Part shown: positions 47,673 through 58,990 of the stretch, one piece after another
Layout: every line of letters begins with the position of its first letter
Position numbering within the stretch: position 1 is the first letter of the stretch
IMG/VR virus record: IMGVR_UViG_3300027973_000030
Coordinates: 67,295 to 131,294 of that record
DNA length: 64,000 bases
Origin: a virus
Direction: 5' to 3' (one strand)
Program-made: the position numbers and the translations under genes
The notes under the pieces: generated by a model
Told to the model about the DNA's origin: nothing
The model's database searches: none
What the model saw: only the letters and a program-made list of their open reading frames with translations

Positions 47673-49250
47673 TTAACAGCAACCTTGTTGTATTGTTTGA
47701 CCTAATGTTCCTATCTGTATAGTACAACCATTTTCAAAAGTTGAGTCCATATACCAAGAATCTAGACCATTAAATCTACTTGTTAGTCCAGTATTTGTAT
47801 AAAATATTGCACCAGATAAAAATGACGGATTATTAGAATATACTGTAGTTGGATAATAACCAAATCCAGAACACATATCATTTTGTGCTTCACTTATATA
47901 CCAAGTGTAATAAGTTTCAACAACAGGTGTATAAAGAAGAGCTTTTCTATATATTTGTTTCCAATAATAATCGGTAGTAGCTTTTGGTGTAAATGTTACA
48001 CCACCATTATTACTGTAATTAAACTGTCCAGTTTGATATAACATCATTGCTATATAGTTATTTGTTATACCTGTAGTTACAGCTGTTCCACCTGCTATAC
48101 CTCTATTACCAACATAACCTTCAGTTAATGAAAAATTAGCTCCATAATTAGAAGAGGCAATTACCATAGGTGTTAATCCTGATTGACCATAACCTACAAA
48201 AGCTTGTTCATTAGTTGCACCAACCATAGTCTTTCCATCATCTGTTATTGTAGCAGATACAAAACCAACATGAGATGCACCTCCTAAATAATAAGCAGTT
48301 GTATTTGAAAACTTTTCACTAAAACTTGAACCATAGTTATTTGATACATATGCTTTTAAACCTATTGAACCAAATACTCCAGGTTTAAACCAATCTGAAG
48401 TTATAAACTGATTTTGTCCGCTATAGTCTAAAGCTACATCAGCAAATGCAGCAAACTCACTACCGCCACTCTTTGTAAAAGATGCACCATAGTTACTTGA
48501 ATAAACTCTAAATGACCAAGGTCTAGGAATATTAGGCCATCCAGGATCAACTTCATAAGAAAATACAGCAGTGATGTATTGACCATTACCTGATACAGCT
48601 ACCTTTCCTGATGGAATAGTATACATTTTATATGAAGTATTATCACCATATCCTGAAGAAAATGAACTTCCATAATTTGATGATACAGATACAAGAGCAT
48701 TTCTACTACCACTCATGTTTGTTGTAAGTCCAGAAACAGCTATATAATTACCATTATTAGACATTGAAACTCCTGTAGGATAAAATCCTACAAGAACATA
48801 ACTTAATATTTTTGCAGTAAAAGATGCACCGCCATCAGTAGAAATATATATTTGATTATTTTGAGTAAAATCTATTGCAGCAATATATGTACCTGTACTA
48901 TCTCCAGCTATAGCTGTCCAAAATAATGATGGTAATCCTGAAAGAGCTGTAAAAGTATTTCCACCGTCTATTGATTTATAACCAGCTGTAGCTGCTACAC
49001 CATACATTATATATGGAGATGCTGCAGTTATACCTGATAAGTCTTGTTTAGTAATTAATCTATTAGATGCTTTAGCAAGATACGAAGGAAGTGATGTATT
49101 AATATTTATATATACATTAGCTTGAGCTTTAGTAACTTGTTTATTACTAGATGGTATAGTTGTCTTAGCAGTAAAAACTCCTTGATTTACACCACTTTGT
49201 AAGTTATTATAACTAACCGTTTGATTATTTGCTAAGTCATTATAAGCCAT
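47673..49250 (-). CDS. BNR/Asp-box beta-propeller receptor-binding protein
   Basis: 525 aa with seven S-x-[DN]-x-G-x-[TSN]-F boxes (SIDGGNTF, STDGGASF, SSNYGSSF, SSNYGASF, SNNYGSSF, SSNYGANF, SNNGGVTF). Confidence 0.8.
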   Translation of the reverse strand: MAYNDLANNQTVSYNNLQSGVNQGVFTAKTTIPSSNKQVTKAQANVYININTSLPSYLAKASNRLITKQDLSGITAASPYIMYGVAATAGYKSIDGGNTFTALSGLPSLFWTAIAGDSTGTYIAAIDFTQNNQIYISTDGGASFTAKILSYVLVGFYPTGVSMSNNGNYIAVSGLTTNMSGSRNALVSVSSNYGSSFSSGYGDNTSYKMYTIPSGKVAVSGNGQYITAVFSYEVDPGWPNIPRPWSFRVYSSNYGASFTKSGGSEFAAFADVALDYSGQNQFITSDWFKPGVFGSIGLKAYVSNNYGSSFSEKFSNTTAYYLGGASHVGFVSATITDDGKTMVGATNEQAFVGYGQSGLTPMVIASSNYGANFSLTEGYVGNRGIAGGTAVTTGITNNYIAMMLYQTGQFNYSNNGGVTFTPKATTDYYWKQIYRKALLYTPVVETYYTWYISEAQNDMCSGFGYYPTTVYSNNPSFLSGAIFYTNTGLTSRFNGLDSWYMDSTFENGCTIQIGTLGQTIQQGCC

Positions 49251-49252
49251 TG

Positions 49253-51946
49253 TTATTTTAATTTAGCTTCTAGTTCTGCAATACGTTTTTCTAATGCTGC
49301 TATTTTAGCTGTGTGTATTTGACGGTAAGACAAACTTAATACACCATCTTTATCTTTTAATATAGCACTATCTAACACTCCCTCAAAATCTTGAGCAAAA
49401 TAACCTAGCTCTTCTTTACCTTCTTTTATATAAGACTTTGCAGTTATAGAACCTACATTAATAATATTAGGATTTTCTTCAATTAATGTTTTAAATCTTT
49501 TATCTGAAAATTCATAATAGGCATCTGCATATACACCACCACCTGCTAACACTTTAAATCTTGTAGTAATATTACTCTCATTTAATATCCAATCATTTGC
49601 ATACATGGATATATCCCATGTCTTATTACTTGAGTCTCCATTAATAAATACCATAGAAGCACTAGTATTACTACCCACTGACGTTATTGGTCCTGTACTT
49701 GACGTATAAAAAATTACACCTGCATTACTTGTCACCTTAGCAACTGTTACACCACTTGCTACTAAGTTTAATGCTCCTCCATTAAAATTACCTACATAAG
49801 CATCGTACCCTGCAGATGGATATATTCTAATACCTGCAGTATTTGTAGCTCCAGTTGCATTTATATGAACAAAAGGTTGAACTTGGTTAATAGTTAATGG
49901 AATATTTGAAACACCATTAATAGTTACATCACCAGATACAGTACCTCCACTAGTAGAATACCAACTACCATAGTTACCAAGATCATTAGTAAATGAGCTT
50001 AGTGCTGTAGGTCTACCTGTTACACTTGTCCAAGCTATTGAACCAATAAAACTAGCTGCAGTGACATTACCAACTGTCCATATTCCAGTACCAATTGCTG
50101 TAGTAGTTACACCATTTTGCATATGTAACAACTGATGATTTAATCCTGCTTTAGATTGAGGATTATTTCCTGCACCACCATAATCTGGATTATAAGACCA
50201 TGCTAAACCATATAGATTACCTATATTAGATGAAGCTCCACCATCTGTTAATATGTATGCAGCACCCATAGCAAATATAGCTTGAGTTTGTGCAGCATCA
50301 TAGACACCTATTAATCCTTTTCTTCCATTACTAAAAACAAGATTTTGTGATGTAGAGTTACCTCTATTTGTAACAGATCCTAATGTATCTGTTTCAGAAT
50401 AAGAAGTAATATATCCGGGTCCATTAGTTAACTGATTAAGATTAGTTAAGTTAGCAGCATGCCATATAGTATTACCATTTACCTTAGCAGCACTATCATT
50501 AGGTACAGATATATTAAACCAATCATCAGCATCATTAGTAAGATATACTTCTAAAGACATAGATTCACCAGCACGAGTTATTAATCTCATTCCTGCTGTA
50601 TCACCGCTTCCTCCAAACACATCATTAGGAAACTTAAGACCATTAGCTGCACCTTCTTTTAAAGTGATAGCACCAGTCATAATTCCGCCAGCTAATGGTA
50701 ACCCACCAAGTCCAGCTAATGTATAAGTAGTATCTGCATCATCTCTCCATGCTGGGTTACCTACTGCATCTGTTTTCCACACCTTATTTGCAACAGCTCC
50801 AGGAGCTGCTACATATCCTGCAACTGTTTTAGTATTAGCATCCCATGTATTAGTATCAGTGTCTGTATCAGGAGGAACCTGCCATGTTCCATCTTCTCTC
50901 AAATATTTAGTAGTACCTGTACCTGCCGGTGCTGCTGGAGTTAATCCATTAGCACTTCTTGTAAACACTACATAAGTAGTATCATTATCAGCTCCCCATA
51001 CTGCTGTACCATCTGCAGACCATCTAAGTATTTCACCAGCAACTCCACCAGCAGGAATATGTTTATTACCTGCCGTAGTTGGATGTACATAAATTGTATC
51101 ATTATCTGGTGGGATTACCCACGTACCATCTTCTCGTAAATAACGATTAGTGGTTGCTGCTCCAGGATTAGGTACAAGACCTGGTATAGTTCTTGTAAAG
51201 TTTGCATAAATTGGTAATGTCTGCCAAGACTTATCACCTCTCCAATATTGTAAATTAGTACCAGCTGTAATAGTTGGTTCTTTACTATCTAATGCAATTT
51301 GCAAACCTGTAACGTTTGCTATAGTATGAATATGATTTAATAAAGAATATAAACCAGCATGATCACCCCATCCGTAAGCTGTATTCCAATTTGCAGAGTT
51401 ATTAACTATACTTGCTCCCCAAGATGTACCATTAGATAAAGGTATACCTGTAGATGGATATGGTATTGTATCAATACTAAATGCTCTATCTACAGATAAA
51501 TCTGCTGTCTGACCATTAATACTGATCGTTCTTGTAAGAGGAACATAACTACCACCAGTACCACTACCACTATCAGATACATACTGTGGTATATTTAATA
51601 TACCTGTACCACTATCATAAGTGGCAGGACCCGATGTATTAAATGTAGTTAAGAATATAGATTTTCTAACTCTACTTGTAGAAAAGTATTGAGCTTCACC
51701 TTCTGTAATTTGATCTGTATTATAGTCTCCTTGTTGAGCTGTAACTACACCTGTTCTACCAAATACAGAACTAATAAGATTACCACCACTCTGTGTAATA
51801 AGCTGTGCTACAGTAGCAGATGATATCTTACCATTAACTCCAGGTACAAGAACTTTAGCTTGTGTACCAGTAGTAACAGGTATAGAAGCTACAGATACGC
51901 CTGCGGGAAAGTAAGCATTACCATAACTATCTACTTGATAAGACAT
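49253..51946 (-). CDS. Tail fibre with C-terminal S74 intramolecular chaperone
   Basis: 897 aa. SVFGRTGVVTAQQGDY, YLREDGTW repeats, SDKRFK...GYFAQD...RIAELEAK. Confidence 0.85.
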   Translation of the reverse strand: MSYQVDSYGNAYFPAGVSVASIPVTTGTQAKVLVPGVNGKISSATVAQLITQSGGNLISSVFGRTGVVTAQQGDYNTDQITEGEAQYFSTSRVRKSIFLTTFNTSGPATYDSGTGILNIPQYVSDSGSGTGGSYVPLTRTISINGQTADLSVDRAFSIDTIPYPSTGIPLSNGTSWGASIVNNSANWNTAYGWGDHAGLYSLLNHIHTIANVTGLQIALDSKEPTITAGTNLQYWRGDKSWQTLPIYANFTRTIPGLVPNPGAATTNRYLREDGTWVIPPDNDTIYVHPTTAGNKHIPAGGVAGEILRWSADGTAVWGADNDTTYVVFTRSANGLTPAAPAGTGTTKYLREDGTWQVPPDTDTDTNTWDANTKTVAGYVAAPGAVANKVWKTDAVGNPAWRDDADTTYTLAGLGGLPLAGGIMTGAITLKEGAANGLKFPNDVFGGSGDTAGMRLITRAGESMSLEVYLTNDADDWFNISVPNDSAAKVNGNTIWHAANLTNLNQLTNGPGYITSYSETDTLGSVTNRGNSTSQNLVFSNGRKGLIGVYDAAQTQAIFAMGAAYILTDGGASSNIGNLYGLAWSYNPDYGGAGNNPQSKAGLNHQLLHMQNGVTTTAIGTGIWTVGNVTAASFIGSIAWTSVTGRPTALSSFTNDLGNYGSWYSTSGGTVSGDVTINGVSNIPLTINQVQPFVHINATGATNTAGIRIYPSAGYDAYVGNFNGGALNLVASGVTVAKVTSNAGVIFYTSSTGPITSVGSNTSASMVFINGDSSNKTWDISMYANDWILNESNITTRFKVLAGGGVYADAYYEFSDKRFKTLIEENPNIINVGSITAKSYIKEGKEELGYFAQDFEGVLDSAILKDKDGVLSLSYRQIHTAKIAALEKRIAELEAKLK

Positions 51947-54900
51947 TATCTAGTTTATTTTTAAGTTCTTCAATCTGTAATTGTTGTTCTTTAATAGCCT
52001 CAATAAGTACACCTGCAATATTACCATAAGAAACACCATAGTGATCTACATCAGCAGCATATGTAACAACTTCAGGTAACACTTCATTTATTTCTTGTGC
52101 AATAACACCTGTTTGTCTGCCTCTTAGTGGATCGTCAATTCTAGTATAATAAACACCACGTAAATTAATAACTTTATGTAAAGCATTATCTATAGTAACA
52201 ATATCTGTTTTCTTTCTAACATCTGAAAATGCTACTATATCACCTTCAGCATATAAAGCACCACCAACATAAGCTCTATATGAAGCAGAAGTAGTTGAAG
52301 TTGCTAAAGCTGTACAGTTGTTTCCTAAATGATGATACCAATACCATCTGCCATTAGCTTCTCTATATACTCCTCCATTACCCGCAGTGTCATACATCAT
52401 TCCATTTACAGCACTATCTCCTAAATATACACCTGTATAACCACCTCTTACACCATCAAATCTAAGTTGAGTATATGAACCAGTAGTATTAGCATAAATA
52501 TGTGCTCCATTATAAGAAGGCCAATACATACCATGAGCACCATTCATTTGTAACCAAGTATTTACTTGATAGTAAGATGTTCCTGCTTTATTAGGGGCAT
52601 CTATATATGAAGTGAAATTACTACTATTTAAATAATAAACCCATCCTCCAAAACTATTGCCTGTAATGTTTCTAGTTGCTAATCTATTAGCATTATCTTC
52701 CCATCCCCATGCTACTTGTGTTCCCCAATAATTAGAAGAATTGCTATGTCTATAACTTTCAGAAAACCACCAAGATCCACCAGGACTATTAGCGTCACCT
52801 GCATTGTCACCATAATATCTATAACTACTTGCTGGTGTATTTTGAAAATCTGTATTCCAATTTCCACTAAATCCACCTCTATAAATCTGCCCACCACCAT
52901 TTAAATATGCTGCTGCTGTAGAAGTACCTCCATTTGCAGGAGCAGAGCCCGCTGTTGAAGCATATGACACTGATTGAGAACCAATGTTACCTGAGTCTAT
53001 TACTGTTCTCCATGCTTGCCATGTACCTGAATTTTTACCTCTAATTGCTATTTGACCTGTTCTAAAATCACCATAAATTTGATGTATCCAAGATGAACTA
53101 TATGCGGAAGAATATAAACCACCATCTGTTTGTCCAAATAAACTTACAGAATTATTATAACCTAATTGATTTTGTGTTACTCCATCTGGATTAATTCCGT
53201 TTGCAGAACTTGTTAATGTTAATCCAGAAACAGCAGCTGCAGAAGCTACTGATTGAGAACCTATATTTGAATCTGTAATTAATGTTCTCCATGCTCTCCA
53301 TGTACCATTACCCCACATTAATCTCATGTAAATACCAGCACCATTAGATTGATAATACCATTGTGTTTTTACATCGGTGCCACCTGCATCTGAAATTTGT
53401 ATCCAATGTCCATTGCTTTCTATTGGTCTATTTGTACTTCCATTATATTCAGAACTATATAGACCTGGAGTATTATATGTATTTAAATCCCCAGCATTAG
53501 CATTTAATAATATCATATAAGCAGAACTATCACCACCAGTTAAATAACCAGCAGATGTAGCAGTTGCAGCATTACCACTAATATTTGTTTGGTCACCTGT
53601 ATTAGTTCCAGATAAATTAGCTCCTGTTATATTACCATTAGCTCTAATTGTTCCATTTGTCCAAATACCTAATCCAATAACAGTAGCAACAACACCAGCA
53701 TTTGCAACTGCCATACAGTGTTGAAGATTATATCCTGTATTAAGTTGGCGTCCTGAATAATCATATGACCAAGAAACTCCATAAAAATTAGCTAAAGTAC
53801 CACCAGCTCCAAGTGTATAAGCAGATCCCATTGCAAAAAAGCCCTGATGTATATCTGGGTTATAAACACCTACTAATCCATATCCTCCTCCCCCTGTATT
53901 AAGTGTAAAATGTGCTCCTGAGTTTTGGCCTCCTGCTGTACCTGCACTAGTAGCTGTAGCAGAGTTACCATTATATTGTGAACCATTAGCACTAATATTA
54001 TAGGTACCACCATTTAAATATATTATACCATTACGATAATAATTTAAATACATAGATTTTCCAGTGCCGCCATCCATATGTAAATTACCATCTGTAGCTT
54101 GAACAACAGCAGTACCTGCAATTGCTCCTGGATCACCATTTCCCCCTAATTGTATTCTTCCTGACCATGTAGAGTTTGGTTGAGTTAAAAAACTTACACC
54201 TGCTGCTGCTGTTGCTGTAGTAGCATTACCACTTAACGCTCCACTAAATGTTGTTGCAGTTAAAGTACCTGTACTAGATTGAATAGTAACTGCAGCACAA
54301 GAATATGCTATAGTTCCTATAGTATTTGTATAATTAGCTCCCCAAAGAACAGGATAAGCAGCCGAATCTGTTCTGTTCATTAAATAAGTTACAGAACCTG
54401 CATTTCCTGTTATACTTCCAGAAGAAGTAATTAATCCTAATTGACTTATTAAGTGAGCAGGGGTTGATTTTCTTAAATAGTTATCTCCTGTACTTTGAGT
54501 CCAAATTTGACCGATAGTAGGATTTTCTGAATTACCAGCTGATGAGTTGAAATAGCTACCTAATATGTAGTTACCTGTAATATGACCATTGCCATCTCTA
54601 TATACTATTGTATTAGCTGTAGCTGCTGTAGTAGGATTATTAAATCCTGATATAGATGCTGCTGTACCTGTTGTATTCTGATTCCACGTAGGAATATTAG
54701 CTGAGTGATAAAGAGTATAAAATGTAGTACCATCACCAACCATAATTTTAGGAACCACTGCTGAACCAGCTGTATTCTTAGCATAGAATCTAAGTTCATC
54801 ACTTGTATTATAGTATGCTCTTATTGTATTAGTTGTAAGTGAGGTACCATTACTCATAATAAAATCATAAGTACCTATATTCTTTAACCATAAGTTTGAA

Positions 54901-56090
54901 GTTAATGTTACTGCACCTGCTGTTATACTATAACCACCAGTATCTATATTAGCGGTTGCACCAGTGTATGGCACATAGCTAGTTAAAGATGAAGATGTGA
55001 TATAACTACTTGGGTTAGTAGAGTTATAAGGAGTAAATCCAAGAGAAGCTTGTTTACCATCAAGAGCTGTCTGTAAACCCGTTACATCAGAAATGATATG
55101 ACTATGTGTTGCAGCAGCATATGATCCTGATGCTTGCTTACCGTCTAATGCTGTTTGTAATCCTGTTATATTAGCTATACTATGTGTATGACTAGCTAAT
55201 GCAAAATCTCCTGTGTTATTATTAGCAGCTGTACCAAATGTACGGTATGCTACAAAGTCACCTGTAGCAGAAGTGGCAGCTGTACCTAGTCCTAAGTTTG
55301 TTCTACCATATCCTTGTAATGTAGCAGATAACCCTTGAGTGTTAATGTCCACTCTTAATCTATTACCAAGAGCTGTAGATATAGTTGTAGAGAATGCAGC
55401 ATCATTTCCCAAAGCTGCTGCTAACTCATTGAGTGTATCAAGAGTAGCCGGTGCTGCTGCCACAAGATTTGATACTTGTGTATTTACATAAGATTGTGTT
55501 GCATAACTATTAGTAGTAAGGTATGTCCCTACTCTTGTGTCTGTATAGTATAGTCTAGTTCCTTCTGCAATATCTGTAGTGGTTGCACTAGCTCCTACGG
55601 TAACTCTACCTTTAGAGTCTACTGTTACCTTAGTGTATGTTCCAGCTGTTACACCAGATGCTGCTAATGTTAGAGCTGTACTAGTTCCAGTTGTTCCAGA
55701 TCCAGTTACATCTCCTGTAAAGGTGAGTGATCCTGATATAGCAGCTGTAGTTACAGAAGTAATACGTCCTTTAGAATCAACTGTTACTACGGGTACGAGT
55801 GTAGTAGATCCGTAAGTACCGGGCGTCACTGCTGTATTAGCAAGTGTAAGAGCAATAGATGTTGTACCAGATCCTGTAGCATCACCACTAACAGTAATAG
55901 ATTGATTACCTGTAAGGTAAGTAAGACCAGTTACGTATGTACGCACCCATGCTGTAGTACCCACCTTAGTACTATTATCATCACTAGCAGGAGCAGTTAA
56001 TACAAGTGTACTAGGAAGCGTTACGGCTCCTGTAGTTTCATCATACTGAAATACATTAAGTATATGGGAGGTCTTCCTTTGTTTGTTCAT
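51927..56090 (-). CDS. Long tail fibre with C-terminal S74 intramolecular chaperone
   Basis: 1387 aa. VTVDSKGR repeats, APATLDTLNELAAALGND, GNA.TAT repeats, SDVRKK...GVIAQE...LIEAIKEQQ. Confidence 0.9.
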   Translation of the reverse strand: MNKQRKTSHILNVFQYDETTGAVTLPSTLVLTAPASDDNSTKVGTTAWVRTYVTGLTYLTGNQSITVSGDATGSGTTSIALTLANTAVTPGTYGSTTLVPVVTVDSKGRITSVTTAAISGSLTFTGDVTGSGTTGTSTALTLAASGVTAGTYTKVTVDSKGRVTVGASATTTDIAEGTRLYYTDTRVGTYLTTNSYATQSYVNTQVSNLVAAAPATLDTLNELAAALGNDAAFSTTISTALGNRLRVDINTQGLSATLQGYGRTNLGLGTAATSATGDFVAYRTFGTAANNNTGDFALASHTHSIANITGLQTALDGKQASGSYAAATHSHIISDVTGLQTALDGKQASLGFTPYNSTNPSSYITSSSLTSYVPYTGATANIDTGGYSITAGAVTLTSNLWLKNIGTYDFIMSNGTSLTTNTIRAYYNTSDELRFYAKNTAGSAVVPKIMVGDGTTFYTLYHSANIPTWNQNTTGTAASISGFNNPTTAATANTIVYRDGNGHITGNYILGSYFNSSAGNSENPTIGQIWTQSTGDNYLRKSTPAHLISQLGLITSSGSITGNAGSVTYLMNRTDSAAYPVLWGANYTNTIGTIAYSCAAVTIQSSTGTLTATTFSGALSGNATTATAAAGVSFLTQPNSTWSGRIQLGGNGDPGAIAGTAVVQATDGNLHMDGGTGKSMYLNYYRNGIIYLNGGTYNISANGSQYNGNSATATSAGTAGGQNSGAHFTLNTGGGGYGLVGVYNPDIHQGFFAMGSAYTLGAGGTLANFYGVSWSYDYSGRQLNTGYNLQHCMAVANAGVVATVIGLGIWTNGTIRANGNITGANLSGTNTGDQTNISGNAATATSAGYLTGGDSSAYMILLNANAGDLNTYNTPGLYSSEYNGSTNRPIESNGHWIQISDAGGTDVKTQWYYQSNGAGIYMRLMWGNGTWRAWRTLITDSNIGSQSVASAAAVSGLTLTSSANGINPDGVTQNQLGYNNSVSLFGQTDGGLYSSAYSSSWIHQIYGDFRTGQIAIRGKNSGTWQAWRTVIDSGNIGSQSVSYASTAGSAPANGGTSTAAAYLNGGGQIYRGGFSGNWNTDFQNTPASSYRYYGDNAGDANSPGGSWWFSESYRHSNSSNYWGTQVAWGWEDNANRLATRNITGNSFGGWVYYLNSSNFTSYIDAPNKAGTSYYQVNTWLQMNGAHGMYWPSYNGAHIYANTTGSYTQLRFDGVRGGYTGVYLGDSAVNGMMYDTAGNGGVYREANGRWYWYHHLGNNCTALATSTTSASYRAYVGGALYAEGDIVAFSDVRKKTDIVTIDNALHKVINLRGVYYTRIDDPLRGRQTGVIAQEINEVLPEVVTYAADVDHYGVSYGNIAGVLIEAIKEQQLQIEELKNKLDNVLSSR

Positions 56091-56128
56091 TATCTGTACT
56101 ATTATCTATTTATAATTTCATTCTAATA

Positions 56129-56314
56129 TTAAAGAATTACTTGAATTTGATCATCTATTACCGACACATTACTTGGCATTGGTAAAGAACTATGGTTCCA
56201 TATAAACTCATAAAATTTATAATTTGGATTAGTTTCTAAAAAGAAAGCTTTTTGTGATTCTTCTGTAATAAAACCTACAAAGATTTCATCTAAATATATT
56301 GCAAAGTAGTTCAT
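56129..56314 (-). CDS. Small hypothetical protein
   Basis: 61 aa in operon orientation between two fibre genes. Confidence 0.55.
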   Translation of the reverse strand: MNYFAIYLDEIFVGFITEESQKAFFLETNPNYKFYEFIWNHSSLPMPSNVSVIDDQIQVIL

Positions 56315-56319
56315 AATTA

Positions 56320-58614
56320 TTATCCTATTCTTTTTAAATTAACACGAAATGATTTTCCACCAGAAACATTATCCATACCAGCCCAAGTAGCATTAGGATT
56401 AAATTGTAAATATATACCAGCTCCTCCTAATGTCATCTGAAGTCTAAATAAAGGAAATGCATTACCTAAGTGGTGACCTGTACCTAATACAGGAGGTAAA
56501 TCTACAAAAGTAACACTATTTGAACCTACGTCCCACATATAAAAAGGAACACTAACAAAACTTACAAAATAAATTCCACCACCTGCTGCATATGTATCAA
56601 CCATTCCTTGTAATATATAAATTCCAGTAGGTATTACATTTACACCTACTATATTATAATAAGTACCATTAGTATAATTACCACTAGCAGTAAAGTTAAA
56701 TTGATCATAAATACCACCTCTATATCTTACATCACCATTTATATCTAATCTTGCTGAAGGGCTTCCTGTATTTATACCAACATTGCCTCCATTGTCCATT
56801 AAAATATTACCACCACTAAGCCTCATCTGCCAAGTATCATTACCACCAAGATATAATTCATCTCCAGAACCAGCTTTTATCATAGAAGCATCTGTTCCAC
56901 CTGATGTAAGTGTTATACTAGATGAAGCATTTACGTTAAATAAAGCTGATCCACCACTACTTAATGTTAATCTAGGAGTACCATTATCAAAAATTACATC
57001 ACCACTAGGATTATATAAAAACCTCATGGCAGTAGCACCACCATTATAAACACCCCATCTATTTGATGCTATTAAACCACCTGCATCTGATTGGTATATG
57101 CTTGCTTGTCCTGTTAGCAAGCCAGCTGTAGTTACTGTACTTGAAAAAGTAGCTGCTCCTGATGCAGCTATTGTAAGTCTTGTTGAATATCCCGCTCCTG
57201 TTGCAAATACAAGTTTACTAGTAGCTGAACCATTTGTACCCATGCCTACATCAGTAGCTAAAACACCCGCATCTGATGTAAAATTATTACCTGACCCAAC
57301 TCCACCAAAACCTGTACCGTTTAGTTGAAACTCTAGACCTACTTGACCATAACTTGTATTAATTTTTAATGGAACAAAATATGTACTATTAATAGTTACA
57401 GTACCTGTTGAATCTATTTTCATTCTTTCTACAAAAGTAGAATTAAAGGTGTTGCCAGCAGTTGTATTATGAGTGTAGAATGATAAAGCTCCACCCCAAC
57501 TACCACCATCTCTAATGGCCCTTATACCGCCAGTTATTACATCTTCATTTTGGAATTGAAGAATACCTCCATGACCTGCTGTATATGTACCTGCTTGAGT
57601 ATGTATGTTTATACCATTGTTAAATGCAGCTGCACCACTTGTTGAAAATGATGTTATAGTACTAGAAAATACAGCACTAGTTCCGTTAATTGGAACATAT
57701 GCATTTATTAAACTACTATTCCATTCAAATAAATCTAATCTTGAATTGTTACCATCTATCCATGCTAAAGCACCACTTCTATCTGATAACGCACCTGCTC
57801 CTGCATGACTTTTTAATCTTAATACAGCACCATTTGTAGGACCACCTCCTGCTGCTTGAGGTTGTAAATACCATGCTACACCATTACCTACACCATAACT
57901 AATGTTACCTGACATTATACCACCAGCTAAAGGTAAATATGTAGAAGTAGCAGAAGCTGTAGTTAGATATGTACTATTATCATAAGATATAGTTGTACCA
58001 GAGATTTTAACAAATCCAGTTCCAGATAACGCTGGTTGCCCACCTAAGCTTGATAGTGTTGGAATATCACTAGTCATAGCAATAGTTCCATCTTTATCAG
58101 GAAGTCCTACAATTCTCACACCACTTGAATAACTTAACAACATTGAATACAAAGATGTATTTCCACTATTCTGTACTTTAAAAGCAGGAGATACTACTTG
58201 AATATCAGTTATGATCTGACTAGTAAAAGTTTTAGTACCTCCAACTGTTTGTGTACCAGTTAGTTTTACAACTGCACTATCTAATGCATAAGTTGAGTTA
58301 TCATATGTAATAGTAGTTCCACTAGCTTTTATAAATCCAGTTCCGTTAAGAGAAGCTTGTTTACCTGATAATGATGTAGTGAGCGTAGCAGCAAAGTTAG
58401 CATCGTCACCCAATGCAGCAGCGAGCTCATCTAATGTATCTAATAGACCGGGTGCTCCATTAATTAAATTATTAATCTGAGTGGTTACATATGATGTAGT
58501 GGCATAACCTGTTATACTACCTGTAACGGTAAGGTTAGCTGGTAATGTAATATTATTACTAGCATCATATTGTACTATGTTCTGTAAGTACCCAGTATTT
58601 CTTGTATTACCCAT
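56320..58614 (-). CDS. Tail fibre protein
   Basis: 764 aa. APGLLDTLDELAAALGDD, GTGF.K.SGTTI.YDNSTY x2, GNVGINTGSPSARLDING. Confidence 0.85.
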   Translation of the reverse strand: MGNTRNTGYLQNIVQYDASNNITLPANLTVTGSITGYATTSYVTTQINNLINGAPGLLDTLDELAAALGDDANFAATLTTSLSGKQASLNGTGFIKASGTTITYDNSTYALDSAVVKLTGTQTVGGTKTFTSQIITDIQVVSPAFKVQNSGNTSLYSMLLSYSSGVRIVGLPDKDGTIAMTSDIPTLSSLGGQPALSGTGFVKISGTTISYDNSTYLTTASATSTYLPLAGGIMSGNISYGVGNGVAWYLQPQAAGGGPTNGAVLRLKSHAGAGALSDRSGALAWIDGNNSRLDLFEWNSSLINAYVPINGTSAVFSSTITSFSTSGAAAFNNGINIHTQAGTYTAGHGGILQFQNEDVITGGIRAIRDGGSWGGALSFYTHNTTAGNTFNSTFVERMKIDSTGTVTINSTYFVPLKINTSYGQVGLEFQLNGTGFGGVGSGNNFTSDAGVLATDVGMGTNGSATSKLVFATGAGYSTRLTIAASGAATFSSTVTTAGLLTGQASIYQSDAGGLIASNRWGVYNGGATAMRFLYNPSGDVIFDNGTPRLTLSSGGSALFNVNASSSITLTSGGTDASMIKAGSGDELYLGGNDTWQMRLSGGNILMDNGGNVGINTGSPSARLDINGDVRYRGGIYDQFNFTASGNYTNGTYYNIVGVNVIPTGIYILQGMVDTYAAGGGIYFVSFVSVPFYMWDVGSNSVTFVDLPPVLGTGHHLGNAFPLFRLQMTLGGAGIYLQFNPNATWAGMDNVSGGKSFRVNLKRIG

Positions 58615-58979
58615 TAGTTAATTATTATATTTTCTAGTGACCCGTCCCATGGATCAGGATTTTCTTGATTAGACCAAGCTCTAACAGCATCTATAAAACT
58701 ACTCATCTTCAATATCTCTACTTCATCACCTTCTCTCAATATATTAGACTGTTTCCAAACTGGATAGTATTTATAAATATGATCTTGTGCAAACTGATTA
58801 ATCTCTGACTTTTCCCATTCTATATAAAACTCCTCGTCTGTTTTTGTATAAACTAAAACAGGTGGATCTTGAGTAAAATCATATACTTGTTTAAGATGTA
58901 ATAAATCATCTTTACTACTTATTCCTTTATTTTCTTTTGTGCCATTCCATACACAAAGTCCATATTCTATAATTTTCAT
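58614..58979 (-). CDS. Putative tail fibre assembly/chaperone protein
   Basis: 121 aa. I...YP.WKQ.N...M..FID.VR..SN pattern; located between fibre genes. Confidence 0.5.
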   Translation of the reverse strand: MKIIEYGLCVWNGTKENKGISSKDDLLHLKQVYDFTQDPPVLVYTKTDEEFYIEWEKSEINQFAQDHIYKYYPVWKQSNILREGDEVEILKMSSFIDAVRAWSNQENPDPWDGSLENIIIN

Positions 58980-58990
58980 AATTAAATATT

